Below are positions 1 through 7,365 of a DNA stretch of 15,797 nucleotides, one piece after another (within the stretch, counting starts at the first letter, position 1; the number at the start of each line of letters is the position of its first letter). The notes beneath the pieces are model-generated. The model had not been told where the DNA came from, did no database searches, and saw nothing but the letters and a program-made list of their open reading frames with translations. Both the position numbers and the translations under genes were made by a program. This DNA is from Thermostichus sp. DRC_bins_24 (lineage in GTDB: Bacteria; Cyanobacteriota; Cyanobacteriia; Thermostichales; Thermostichaceae), in NCBI GenBank assembly GCA_039794845.1, contig JAUQVK010000047.1, forward strand, positions 826 through 16,622. The letters run 5' to 3'.

Positions 1-721
1 AAACCCTTTCAGGCTCTTTGAGGAAGCTCTTCAAATCTCCACTGAACTGGAGCTTTCCACCAGGTGCTAACACTAGAACATAGTCAATCAAGTGCTGGAA
101 CCAGTCTAGAGTTTGGTCGCTGATAACTAAAGTTTTGCCGAGTTGTTTTAATCGCTCAAGCACTCGACTCACCAATGCTTTTCCGGCTGGATCCAAGGCT
201 GCAGTCGGCTCGTCCAAAACAATAATCGGTGTATCTAGAGCCAACATGGCAGCCAGCACACAAACCTGCTTTTGTCCTCCCGAAAGTGTGCTTGTAAGTC
301 GGTATCTCAGGTGAGCGATATTAAGTTCATCAAGAACTTGCTGAATACGATGACGAATCTGTGCAGGGGGGATACCTTGGTTTTCTAAAGCAAAAGCTAT
401 TGTCTCTTCAACTCGAAAGCCGATCAACTGAGTATCGGGAACTTGGAGAACAATCGCAACCTGCTGAATGACATCCGCAGCGTGAGAATCTTCAGCGCTT
501 ACAACCACATCTCCTACTTTTAAAGAACCCGACCAAGAGCCTCCATAAAACTCGGGTATTATTCCTGCCAAGGTTAGAAGTAGGGTTGATTTACCAGCCC
601 CACTGCATCCCAGCAGCGCCGTTACGGTAGAAGGCTGAATTTCAAACGAAAGATTGTCTAAGGTGGGTTTGGTTGATCTTGGATAACTGTATGTAAGGTG
701 TTCAGCCTTGATGATACTCAT
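1..721 (-). CDS. ECF-type ABC transporter ATPase (EcfA/CbiO/YkoD-like), partial; runs off the left edge
   Basis: Manual translation from ATG at 721 (not in the ORF track): MSIIKAEHLTYSYPRSTKPTLDNLSFEIQ, Walker A GCSGAGKST, Q-loop VLQVPDTQL, ETIAFALENQG, signature LSGGQKQ, Walker B/D-loop IIVLDEPTAALDP. The IIPEFYGGSWSG segment resembles duplicated-ATPase ECF subunits. Confidence 0.92.
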   Translation of the reverse strand, partial: MSIIKAEHLTYSYPRSTKPTLDNLSFEIQPSTVTALLGCSGAGKSTLLLTLAGIIPEFYGGSWSGSLKVGDVVVSAEDSHAADVIQQVAIVLQVPDTQLIGFRVEETIAFALENQGIPPAQIRHRIQQVLDELNIAHLRYRLTSTLSGGQKQVCVLAAMLALDTPIIVLDEPTAALDPAGKALVSRVLERLKQLGKTLVISDQTLDWFQHLIDYVLVLAPGGKLQFSGDLKSFLKEPERV

Positions 722-742
722 AACAACTGAATATGTCAGGGC

Positions 743-1315
743 TTAAATACGCTGTGTTGGCAACCACGTTGCTGTCTGAAGGACTTTTGCTCCGTATCTC
801 ATTACGATTGGCGTTCCAACAAGAACAGGAACAATATCAGAGAGTCCAATCCACAACACAGCCCACCAAAAAGGGAAAATACCCAAAACAGCTAGGCTGG
901 CACATACGGCAAACACCATGATGACTGTGATAATTCCAGAGGATACTATAGAATGCAACATTGCGCTTCTGGATGTAGCCATTTCTTCAAGTGTAAACTT
1001 GCGTCCTGTTGTTAAGGCAGGTACCAGTCCAGTTGCACCTACCATAATGCCATCGACAATTAAGGTATGAGCCGGAATAAATGTGCCAGCAAGCAATCCC
1101 CAGACTACAGAGCCTAAATATCCCGATATAAAACCCGAAATAGGACCAAAGAGAATCCCAATGACGGGAGGAAGAAATGCAAATATACGCCATTGAATAA
1201 CTCCGGGCACAAGTTGAATAGGATTTGCATAGGCCCACAATACCCCTGTAATGACTCCCCAGATCACAGCAAACACAATAGCAAACACTTGCTTGCTCTT
1301 CTTCTGCTCGTTCAT
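743..1315 (-). CDS. ECF transporter substrate-specific S component (about 190 aa)
   Basis: Hydrophobic protein with about 6 TM segments and the S-component-type motif LPPVIGILFGPISGFISGYLG; directly upstream of the ECF ATPase. Start moved from 1585 to the ATG at 1315 (MNEQKK), which has a purine-rich GAGAAGAG upstream and lies downstream of the promoter. Confidence 0.85.
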   Translation of the reverse strand: MNEQKKSKQVFAIVFAVIWGVITGVLWAYANPIQLVPGVIQWRIFAFLPPVIGILFGPISGFISGYLGSVVWGLLAGTFIPAHTLIVDGIMVGATGLVPALTTGRKFTLEEMATSRSAMLHSIVSSGIITVIMVFAVCASLAVLGIFPFWWAVLWIGLSDIVPVLVGTPIVMRYGAKVLQTATWLPTQRI

Positions 1316-1347
1316 GCTCTTCTCACTGCAATTTTTCACTTTTTGGT

Positions 1348-1389
1348 AGCATATCAAGGGGACAGTGTTTGATATGTAATTTCTGATAC
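1348..1389 (-). promoter_or_regulatory. NtcA-activated class II promoter for the ECF operon
   Basis: Minus strand reads GTA-TCAGAAAT-TAC (1389-1376), exactly 22 nt spacer, then TATGCT (1353-1348, TAN3T) preceded by TGn. Matches the GTA-N8-TAC-N22-TAN3T consensus. Confidence 0.8.
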
Positions 1390-1399
1390 GAAAAAAGCG

Positions 1400-1424
1400 A
1401 AGAAAATGACCGATGGCTTCGGTC
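1400..1424 (-). terminator. Possible weak intrinsic terminator insulating the NtcA promoter
   Basis: Stem GACCGA/TCGGTC (1408-1424) followed on the minus strand by ATTTTCTT. Confidence 0.3.
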
Positions 1425-1483
1425 TTGTGTATCTCCATTGTTGCCGGTTCTTCCGGTTGTTTTCTCGATTCTTTAGAGATGAT

Positions 1484-1514
1484 GAAAAACAGCTCAGTGG
1501 CTGTGGAGCCACTG
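1484..1514 (-). terminator. Possible terminator hairpin
   Basis: Perfect 8-bp stem CAGTGGCT-GTGG-AGCCACTG (1495-1514), followed on the minus strand by AGCTGTTTTTC. Confidence 0.4.
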
Positions 1515-1783
1515 TTGCAAATGCAAACGGCTGCTTTCCCCCTCCAGGATCCAGCAAGACAGATTGGGAGGGGATCCCGTTCCAAACCCCAGTCCGGTTT
1601 GTTTGGGGGCGGTAACCGGCAGGGAGGTGGAAGTATGGGTGGCCGTGATCCGTACCCGATCGTTGCCTGTGGAAGGGGACCTCCTCTGGCTCATCCAAGC
1701 TTTGGCCAGGGATCCGGCTAGGAATGATCCAACGACCACGTTCACAAGTTTCGGCCCGGGCTCAGCCCTCGATCGGGAGCTTC

Positions 1784-1812
1784 AGATCAACACAAGATCA
1801 ACACAGATCAAC
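1784..1812. repeat. Triple direct repeat AGATCAAC(ACA), 11/10-bp period
   Basis: AGATCAACACA-AGATCAACAC-AGATCAAC. Confidence 0.85.
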
Positions 1813-1950
1813 GATTCCCGACAGGGATCCTCTTCATCTGGGGTCACATCATCGGCTTGGCAGAGCTTGAGGTAGGCAGTGCTGACCGGTTTGACAAGGG
1901 TGGTGGGAAGGAAGTTGACTTGGATTCCTTCTTATGCCCCCTAGCACCTC

Positions 1951-1972
1951 TTAACAAGACTTTAACAAGACT
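1951..1972. repeat. Perfect 11-bp tandem repeat TTAACAAGACT x2
   Basis: TTAACAAGACT-TTAACAAGACT, immediately past the stop codon of the 1972-3024 gene. Confidence 0.85.
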
Positions 1973-3024
1973 CAACCCACCTGAGCGCGAAAACCACGAG
2001 CTGCTGTCAGTGCCCCATACGGATCCCCTTTGTAGAGGCCATAGTGCATCAACGACATCCGCCGTAGCCCCAACTGTGATACTTCTGTCAGCCAGTCCGG
2101 TTGGCTCATGATCTGAAAATCTGTAGCTACTGTGTCGGCCCGCCCGCCGCTGGGGTGTTTGTCTTTGATAGACGGTTCGTAGTGGGCCAGCATCAAGTTG
2201 GGATGAATCGGAGAGAACAACTGACAACAGAGGCGGATTTGCTCGGGATTGCCGGGATCCGGCCCATTCAGTTCAGGGTTAAACTCTCCCGGTTGGCGCT
2301 GGCGCATCGATTGAAAGGCGATCCCATCCATTTGGCTCATCATCTCGGCAAAGGGATCCACCATGCTGCGCCCGGCACCCCGTTCCGGCTGGTCAAACGT
2401 GGCGATCCAGCCTCCCCAGCAAAGGGCAACCTGGGCTTCTGGCAGCCGATCTTTAATGACTTGCCGGGCCCGCAACAGGTTCTGCATCAGGGCTTGGTAA
2501 TAGGGGGCGGTGTCGGCATTGTAGGTATCGGCGGGCAGTCGCCAGTAGGAAAACTCGGTGGCCAGGCTCCAGTCGGTGCGGATCCCATGGGGGTTGGCCT
2601 GGGCGATGTAACCGGCCAACTCCGCCATATCCTGCACGAATTGCTCAGAGATGTGATACTCGCCACAGGGGAGGATGGTATCGTCTTCCCAGGTGATCAC
2701 ATGCAGGCTGTAGCCCCGCTCAAACCACTCCGATAACCATCCGGCCTGATGCCAATCTCGCCAAAAGGACAAATCCCCCGTTTTGTGGTCAAAGCTATTC
2801 AGCCAGCCACTCAAAAAGTGGGGATCCCATCCCTGAGCCACCGCCGCCACCTCGGGATCCGATACGATCTCCCAGATAAAACGACCGGGATCCTCCCCAA
2901 TGCCCACTTGCCAGGGGCCGAAGCCAGAACCTCTTCTCTTAGCCGTCAGGAAAGCCCCTAGGGTAGCAGCAGCCAGGGATCCTCCCACTTGCAAAAAGCG
3001 TCGCCGACTCTGCTTAACCCTCAT
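1972..3024 (-). CDS. Tat-exported glycoside hydrolase-like TIM-barrel protein (GH26/clan GH-A-like)
   Basis: Twin-arginine signal SRRRFLQ plus a hydrophobic stretch; Trp-rich; strand motifs LHVITWE, SLATEF, VALCWGGW, MDGIAFQ and LMLAHYEP follow the GH26-type barrel order. The CDS is secure; the family is inferred. Confidence 0.65.
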   Translation of the reverse strand: MRVKQSRRRFLQVGGSLAAATLGAFLTAKRRGSGFGPWQVGIGEDPGRFIWEIVSDPEVAAVAQGWDPHFLSGWLNSFDHKTGDLSFWRDWHQAGWLSEWFERGYSLHVITWEDDTILPCGEYHISEQFVQDMAELAGYIAQANPHGIRTDWSLATEFSYWRLPADTYNADTAPYYQALMQNLLRARQVIKDRLPEAQVALCWGGWIATFDQPERGAGRSMVDPFAEMMSQMDGIAFQSMRQRQPGEFNPELNGPDPGNPEQIRLCCQLFSPIHPNLMLAHYEPSIKDKHPSGGRADTVATDFQIMSQPDWLTEVSQLGLRRMSLMHYGLYKGDPYGALTAARGFRAQVG

Positions 3025-3092
3025 GGTATCTCTTCTCTATGGTTCTATGGTTAGAGTTTTATAGTATCTACCCAACTGTAGGGTCTACGTAT

Positions 3093-4697
3093 TTACCCAG
3101 TCTGACGTGCCAACAGCCGCACCTGCGGGGATCCGTACACCTCCACAAACCCCGGCAAAGAGCCAGAGCTAAGCTCCGGCCAAAATTGTAGCAGCGGATC
3201 CGATGGGCTCCAGGGAGCTTCTGGCCCCGACAGCAGCAGGTAATCCACCCACTCCTGGGGTTGTTGCAGGGCGATGGAAAACTCGTATTGATGAGGTGTG
3301 ATGAATAGGCGTGGATCCCCAGCCCAGAAGATCGCCTCAAAGTGTAGGGCATCATCGGTCAGCACCCGTTGTCTTGGCCGCAGATGTTGATGCAGATACT
3401 GCCCCACCTGCTGTTGTGCCTGCCGCTGCGCTTGCCAGTGTTGCAGGGGTTGGCTAGCTGGACTTGGCTGCGGTTCCGCTTGTAGCTGTTGCCAGAGGGC
3501 CTGTTCTTCCGGGAGCAGGGATCCCTGGGTAAGGACAAAGCCACTGCTTAGTAAACTCAGCACCAGCAGAGCCGTTACACCAATTTTTTGTCCCAACCGG
3601 CTCTTCCCATCGGCAGTCAGATAGGATCCCAGCACCAGCGGCATCAACACCCAAAACACCCCAAAGCGGCTCAACTCCGGCAAAAAGAGGCCCTGCCCAA
3701 AAGAAACCACCAATAGGACCAGCGGCAAAGCCCAGACCAGCCCCCACACCCAGCGCCCAGGCCCAAAGGAAAGAAAGGTTCCCAACCCCAACATCAGGTA
3801 AGCCGGCACCACCGCCAGTAGCCAGATCCCAGCCTGGGCCAGGCCATCCCATCCCCCTGCCGAGATCAGCCAGGCCTGCAGTTGGGGTAGCTTCAGCCCA
3901 CTGCTGGGCCAGTAGGTAAAAGCCCAGGGATCCCCAACCGCCAACCCATTCACGTACAGCCAGCCCAGGATCAACGTCAGGCTCATAAAGCTGACCACCA
4001 AAACCGCCGTGCCCCGAAACCCCCAAGACTCTTGCCAAAAGGCCAACAGCACCATCAGACCCACCCAGATCAGCAGCCACCAACTCTCCCAACGCAGCAC
4101 CATCAACGGTGCTAGACAGAGGCCCAAGAGCACCAAGCGTAAGGTGAGCAGCAAGGATTGCTGACTTTGACCGACAATCCCTAATGCGGAGGATCCGGTT
4201 ACCGGATCAACTTCCGCTCGTAATGCCTTTTTCACCTTACCCACGTGACTCAGGGGCAGCAGCAACGCCATATTGATCCCCAGCAACCCTGCCGTCGCAA
4301 TCCACGTGGGGCTACGCAACAGCATCAAGCCAAAGCTGGGCTGCACCGCCATCAACATTCCCCACAGCCAGCGCCACCCCACCCCCACCGGCAGTCGGGC
4401 CAACTGTCGCCACCACCCCAGCAACAGCAGCGATCCCAGCAGAATGTGCAACAGCAACGGGGATCCCAGCAATGCCGTCCCCAACACCAACAGGGGCGGG
4501 AAACTGATCCCCACCACCGACAAACGCGGATCCGGCCCCACTGCCGCCACGGATCCCGTGTAGCCCAGAAATTGTGTCTCCAAACTCCTCCACCCCCAGC
4601 CCCATTCCAAACCCACCAAAGCCAGGGGGAACAACAAAAACGGGATCCCAATGGGCCCGAAAAACCGGAAGAAACTCTTAAACTTTGTCGGTAGCAT
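3093..4697 (-). CDS. Polytopic membrane protein, GT-C/PMT (GT39-like) architecture with a C-terminal soluble domain
   Basis: About 11-13 hydrophobic segments, a first-loop motif PRLSVVGISFPPL and a soluble tail (VLTDD...DPRLFITP...VDYLLL). Start placed at ATG 4697 (AGGA upstream) rather than 4832. Confidence 0.6.
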   Translation of the reverse strand: MLPTKFKSFFRFFGPIGIPFLLFPLALVGLEWGWGWRSLETQFLGYTGSVAAVGPDPRLSVVGISFPPLLVLGTALLGSPLLLHILLGSLLLLGWWRQLARLPVGVGWRWLWGMLMAVQPSFGLMLLRSPTWIATAGLLGINMALLLPLSHVGKVKKALRAEVDPVTGSSALGIVGQSQQSLLLTLRLVLLGLCLAPLMVLRWESWWLLIWVGLMVLLAFWQESWGFRGTAVLVVSFMSLTLILGWLYVNGLAVGDPWAFTYWPSSGLKLPQLQAWLISAGGWDGLAQAGIWLLAVVPAYLMLGLGTFLSFGPGRWVWGLVWALPLVLLVVSFGQGLFLPELSRFGVFWVLMPLVLGSYLTADGKSRLGQKIGVTALLVLSLLSSGFVLTQGSLLPEEQALWQQLQAEPQPSPASQPLQHWQAQRQAQQQVGQYLHQHLRPRQRVLTDDALHFEAIFWAGDPRLFITPHQYEFSIALQQPQEWVDYLLLSGPEAPWSPSDPLLQFWPELSSGSLPGFVEVYGSPQVRLLARQTG

Positions 4698-4946
4698 TGC
4701 TTCGTCCTGAACCAAGAAAATCCAAGCGCAGAATAAATATCCAACTGTTTTAAGGGTTGAGGGGTTTTGCCAGCCGCTTGGACGGTGATAAAACACACTG
4801 GGAGTAGCCATTGTGCAAAGACAAGCTAGCATTCCCTTTGGGCGAATGTTTCTCCGAGTTTTCGCTTAGAGCAATTCAGCAGGATCCCCGATTAAGCCCC
4901 CCATTTCAAGTGTGAGGATAAAAAAGACCTCGAAAGGATACAACCA

Positions 4947-5351
4947 ATGTTGCAAGCTGTGAGCGAAGCCGAAGCTGCCGCCCCGATTCTAGAGCTTTTG
5001 CCCTCAACTTCCCCCAACGCTGAGACCCGCCCCTGGGGAGCCTTCTTGGTTTTGGAAGAAGGCCCGATGTACAAGATCAAGCGCATTGAAGTGAAACCAG
5101 GCCATCGCCTCAGTTTGCAGATGCACTACCATCGCAGCGAACACTGGGTTGTAGTTATGGGCACGGCTCGTGTGACCTGCGGTGACGAAGTGATGTTGCT
5201 GACCTCCAACCAATCCACCTACATTCCCCCCTGTACCCCACACCGTTTGGAAAACCCCGGCACGATTCCATTGGTCTTGATCGAAGTGCAAAACGGGCAA
5301 TACCTAGGCGAAGACGACATCGTGCGGTTTCAAGATGACTATGCCCGCTAG
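4947..5351 (+). CDS. Stand-alone mannose-6-phosphate isomerase type II cupin (ManC C-terminal domain)
   Basis: RPWG...YKIKRIEVKPGHRLSLQMHYHRSEHWVVV...HRLENPG...IEVQNGQYLGEDDIVRFQDDY. Confidence 0.93.
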   Translation: MLQAVSEAEAAAPILELLPSTSPNAETRPWGAFLVLEEGPMYKIKRIEVKPGHRLSLQMHYHRSEHWVVVMGTARVTCGDEVMLLTSNQSTYIPPCTPHRLENPGTIPLVLIEVQNGQYLGEDDIVRFQDDYAR

Positions 5352-5402
5352 GGATCCAGCCGGAAGCAGCCGAAATATTGGGATCCGAAGGGAGGCAAAA
5401 AG

Positions 5403-7352
5403 GTGTCGCATTCCTGGAAATCTTGGAGCCTAATGGCCGTCAGCTTGCTGTGTTGGGGCAGGGCTCCGGCCCAAGCTCAGGAGGCCGAAACGGTTTCTCT
5501 GCAAACCCTCGGCTACAGCCGCTCTATTCTTCTTCAGGGGCCCAGCCCAGAACTCAATCTCGGGATCCCTGCCCCCAATGGAGGGATCGACCCCTCCGCC
5601 AGCTTTGTGCAATTGCGCTTGGATCCCTCGCCAGTTTTGGGGCCGGAATCGACGGTGCGGGTGTTGATCAACGAGGAGCCGATGGAGGTATTCTCGATTG
5701 GGCAGTTGCGGGCCAACCCCGTTGTGCAGGTACCGATCCCCAATCTCCCCCCCGCCGAGCGTTTTATCAACCTGTCGGTGCAGCCTTTTCTAAGCATCAG
5801 TGGCGATATCTGTCGGGATAGTGGCACCGGTAACCTGTTTTTAACGGTGGGGCGCGACAGCTTCTTTCAAGTGGTGCCCCGCATCCCCGAGAGCACGGTG
5901 GCCGACTTTTTCCGCCCCCTCTACAGCCAGCTCAGCCTCGTGGTGCCTGCCGATCTCAGCCCCGAAACCGCTGAAGCCGCCCTCTGGCTGTACAGCCTCC
6001 TTGCCCATCAGTTCCCCCAAACGCCGATCCTTTGGACGAGTGGCCCCGTGAGCGGCCCCCAGGTGGTTTTGGAATCGCCAAATTTCTCTCCACAACTGCA
6101 GCGTCAGGGATCCACCTTGCGAGTGGCGGCCAGTGGGGAAGCAATCCGGGCTTTGTACTCCGAATGGCAACGGCCAGGGCTGATCGGCGGGGCTGTGGGG
6201 GTGGAGTCTGCCCCCGGGATGGATTCCCCAATCCAGGGGAACCGACGCAGTCTGCGGGAGTTGGGCTTTGCCGATCCGACGCTGCGGGGCATTGGCACCC
6301 AGTCTTTGCTGCTGAACTTCGATCTGGCCCAGTTAGGGGGACGTCCCCGCGATTTGGCCTTCCAGCTCAATGCTGTCATGACCCCGGTGGATGGTCGCGC
6401 CGGGGATCGGCTGAACGGTCAGGTGTTTTTGAATGGAGTGCTGCTGCAAACCTACAATCTGACGGGCCGAAATCAATTCAGTGAAAGCCTTCGGCTGCCC
6501 TCGGGGCTCCTACGCCGCACCAATACCCTAGAGTTGCGCTTCGACTATGCCCCCAGCCAAGGCAGTTGTGGGGGATCCCCCACCCCCTTAACCTTACAGG
6601 TGCGTGGCGACAGCTCTGCCCTCAGTTGGAACGGTTACGAAGCTGCGCTGGGGGAACTGCAGGAGATCCCGGCTCTGTTGCAGGGATCCGGCCAGTTGCT
6701 TCTGCCGCTCGGGGATCCCGACCTGATTGCCAGTGCCGCCTATTTGTTGGGGAGCCTCAGCCGTCTGTCGCTGCTGCCCCTCTTGCCAACCGTAGTGCCG
6801 CTGCCCGAATCCCTGACGGGATCCACCCTGCCCGCCGGGGATCCCGATTGGCGGCTGATCGTGGCTGGGCCAGACCAGGTGAATCTGAACACCCCGATTC
6901 GTCTCGGATCCCGGTTTGAAATTCTCAACCCCCTCAATCAGCAGGCGGTGTTGGCGGTACAGCCGGAGGATGAGCTGGGCCTGCTGCAGTACTTTTTGCA
7001 GGGGGGTAAACCCACCCTCTGGCTCTCCTGGTGGGGACCCGATCCGACTATGGCTGAGCGGTTGAGCCGTTCGCTTGCGGATCCCCGCACCCTTTTGGCC
7101 GGTCAAATACAGGGGAATGTGGTCACGGCCTACGCCGCAGCCCCGGATCTGACACAGGTGCAAAGCTGGGATCTAAGTGGCCAAACCTATCAAGTTCACT
7201 ACCCAGACCGCCTGGACTGGCGGCTACTGTTGTGGCGATATCGGTTCCTGCTGGTAATTGTGGTGGCCCTCTTGGGGGCGGGAGTTGCCTGGGGTCTCTA
7301 TCAACGCCTAGCCCGGCTGCCAGAGGTGCCCACCCCCCCATCCCAAAGCTGA
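5403..7352 (+). CDS. BcsB-like periplasmic polysaccharide co-polymerase subunit
   Basis: GTG start with GGAGG at 5391-5395; signal peptide ending AQA; two jelly-roll-like repeats (SLQTLGY...TVRVLINE; SLRELGF...GQVFLNG...NTLELRF), each with one Cys (GDICRD at 5811, QGSCGG at 6567) as in the BcsB inter-CBD disulfide; C-terminal TM anchor FLLVIVVALLGAGVAWGLY; 13 nt upstream of a GT2. Confidence 0.8.
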   Translation: MSHSWKSWSLMAVSLLCWGRAPAQAQEAETVSLQTLGYSRSILLQGPSPELNLGIPAPNGGIDPSASFVQLRLDPSPVLGPESTVRVLINEEPMEVFSIGQLRANPVVQVPIPNLPPAERFINLSVQPFLSISGDICRDSGTGNLFLTVGRDSFFQVVPRIPESTVADFFRPLYSQLSLVVPADLSPETAEAALWLYSLLAHQFPQTPILWTSGPVSGPQVVLESPNFSPQLQRQGSTLRVAASGEAIRALYSEWQRPGLIGGAVGVESAPGMDSPIQGNRRSLRELGFADPTLRGIGTQSLLLNFDLAQLGGRPRDLAFQLNAVMTPVDGRAGDRLNGQVFLNGVLLQTYNLTGRNQFSESLRLPSGLLRRTNTLELRFDYAPSQGSCGGSPTPLTLQVRGDSSALSWNGYEAALGELQEIPALLQGSGQLLLPLGDPDLIASAAYLLGSLSRLSLLPLLPTVVPLPESLTGSTLPAGDPDWRLIVAGPDQVNLNTPIRLGSRFEILNPLNQQAVLAVQPEDELGLLQYFLQGGKPTLWLSWWGPDPTMAERLSRSLADPRTLLAGQIQGNVVTAYAAAPDLTQVQSWDLSGQTYQVHYPDRLDWRLLLWRYRFLLVIVVALLGAGVAWGLYQRLARLPEVPTPPSQS

Positions 7353-7365
7353 GGCTCTCGGGTTC

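Noticed and set aside
1316..1500. Riboswitch upstream of the ECF operon
   Set aside because: No TPP, cobalamin, FMN, SAM or preQ1 core motif recognised, and the predicted leader is only about 26 nt.
1316..1585. 90-aa N-terminal extension of the S-component ORF (start 1585)
   Set aside because: It runs through the NtcA promoter and hairpins and does not look protein-like; S components are about 190 aa.
1354..1698. 114-aa minus-strand ORF and overlapping plus-strand ORFs in the gap
   Set aside because: No recognisable motifs; the minus ORF crosses the composition boundary and the promoter.
1784..1972. Short repeats as a CRISPR array or iterons
   Set aside because: Units are 8-11 bp with no spacers, and no cas or rep gene is nearby.
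4698..4832. Longer start for the membrane protein (579 aa)
   Set aside because: ATG 4697 has an AGGA RBS, and the extension would consume the divergent promoter region; it is not strictly excluded.
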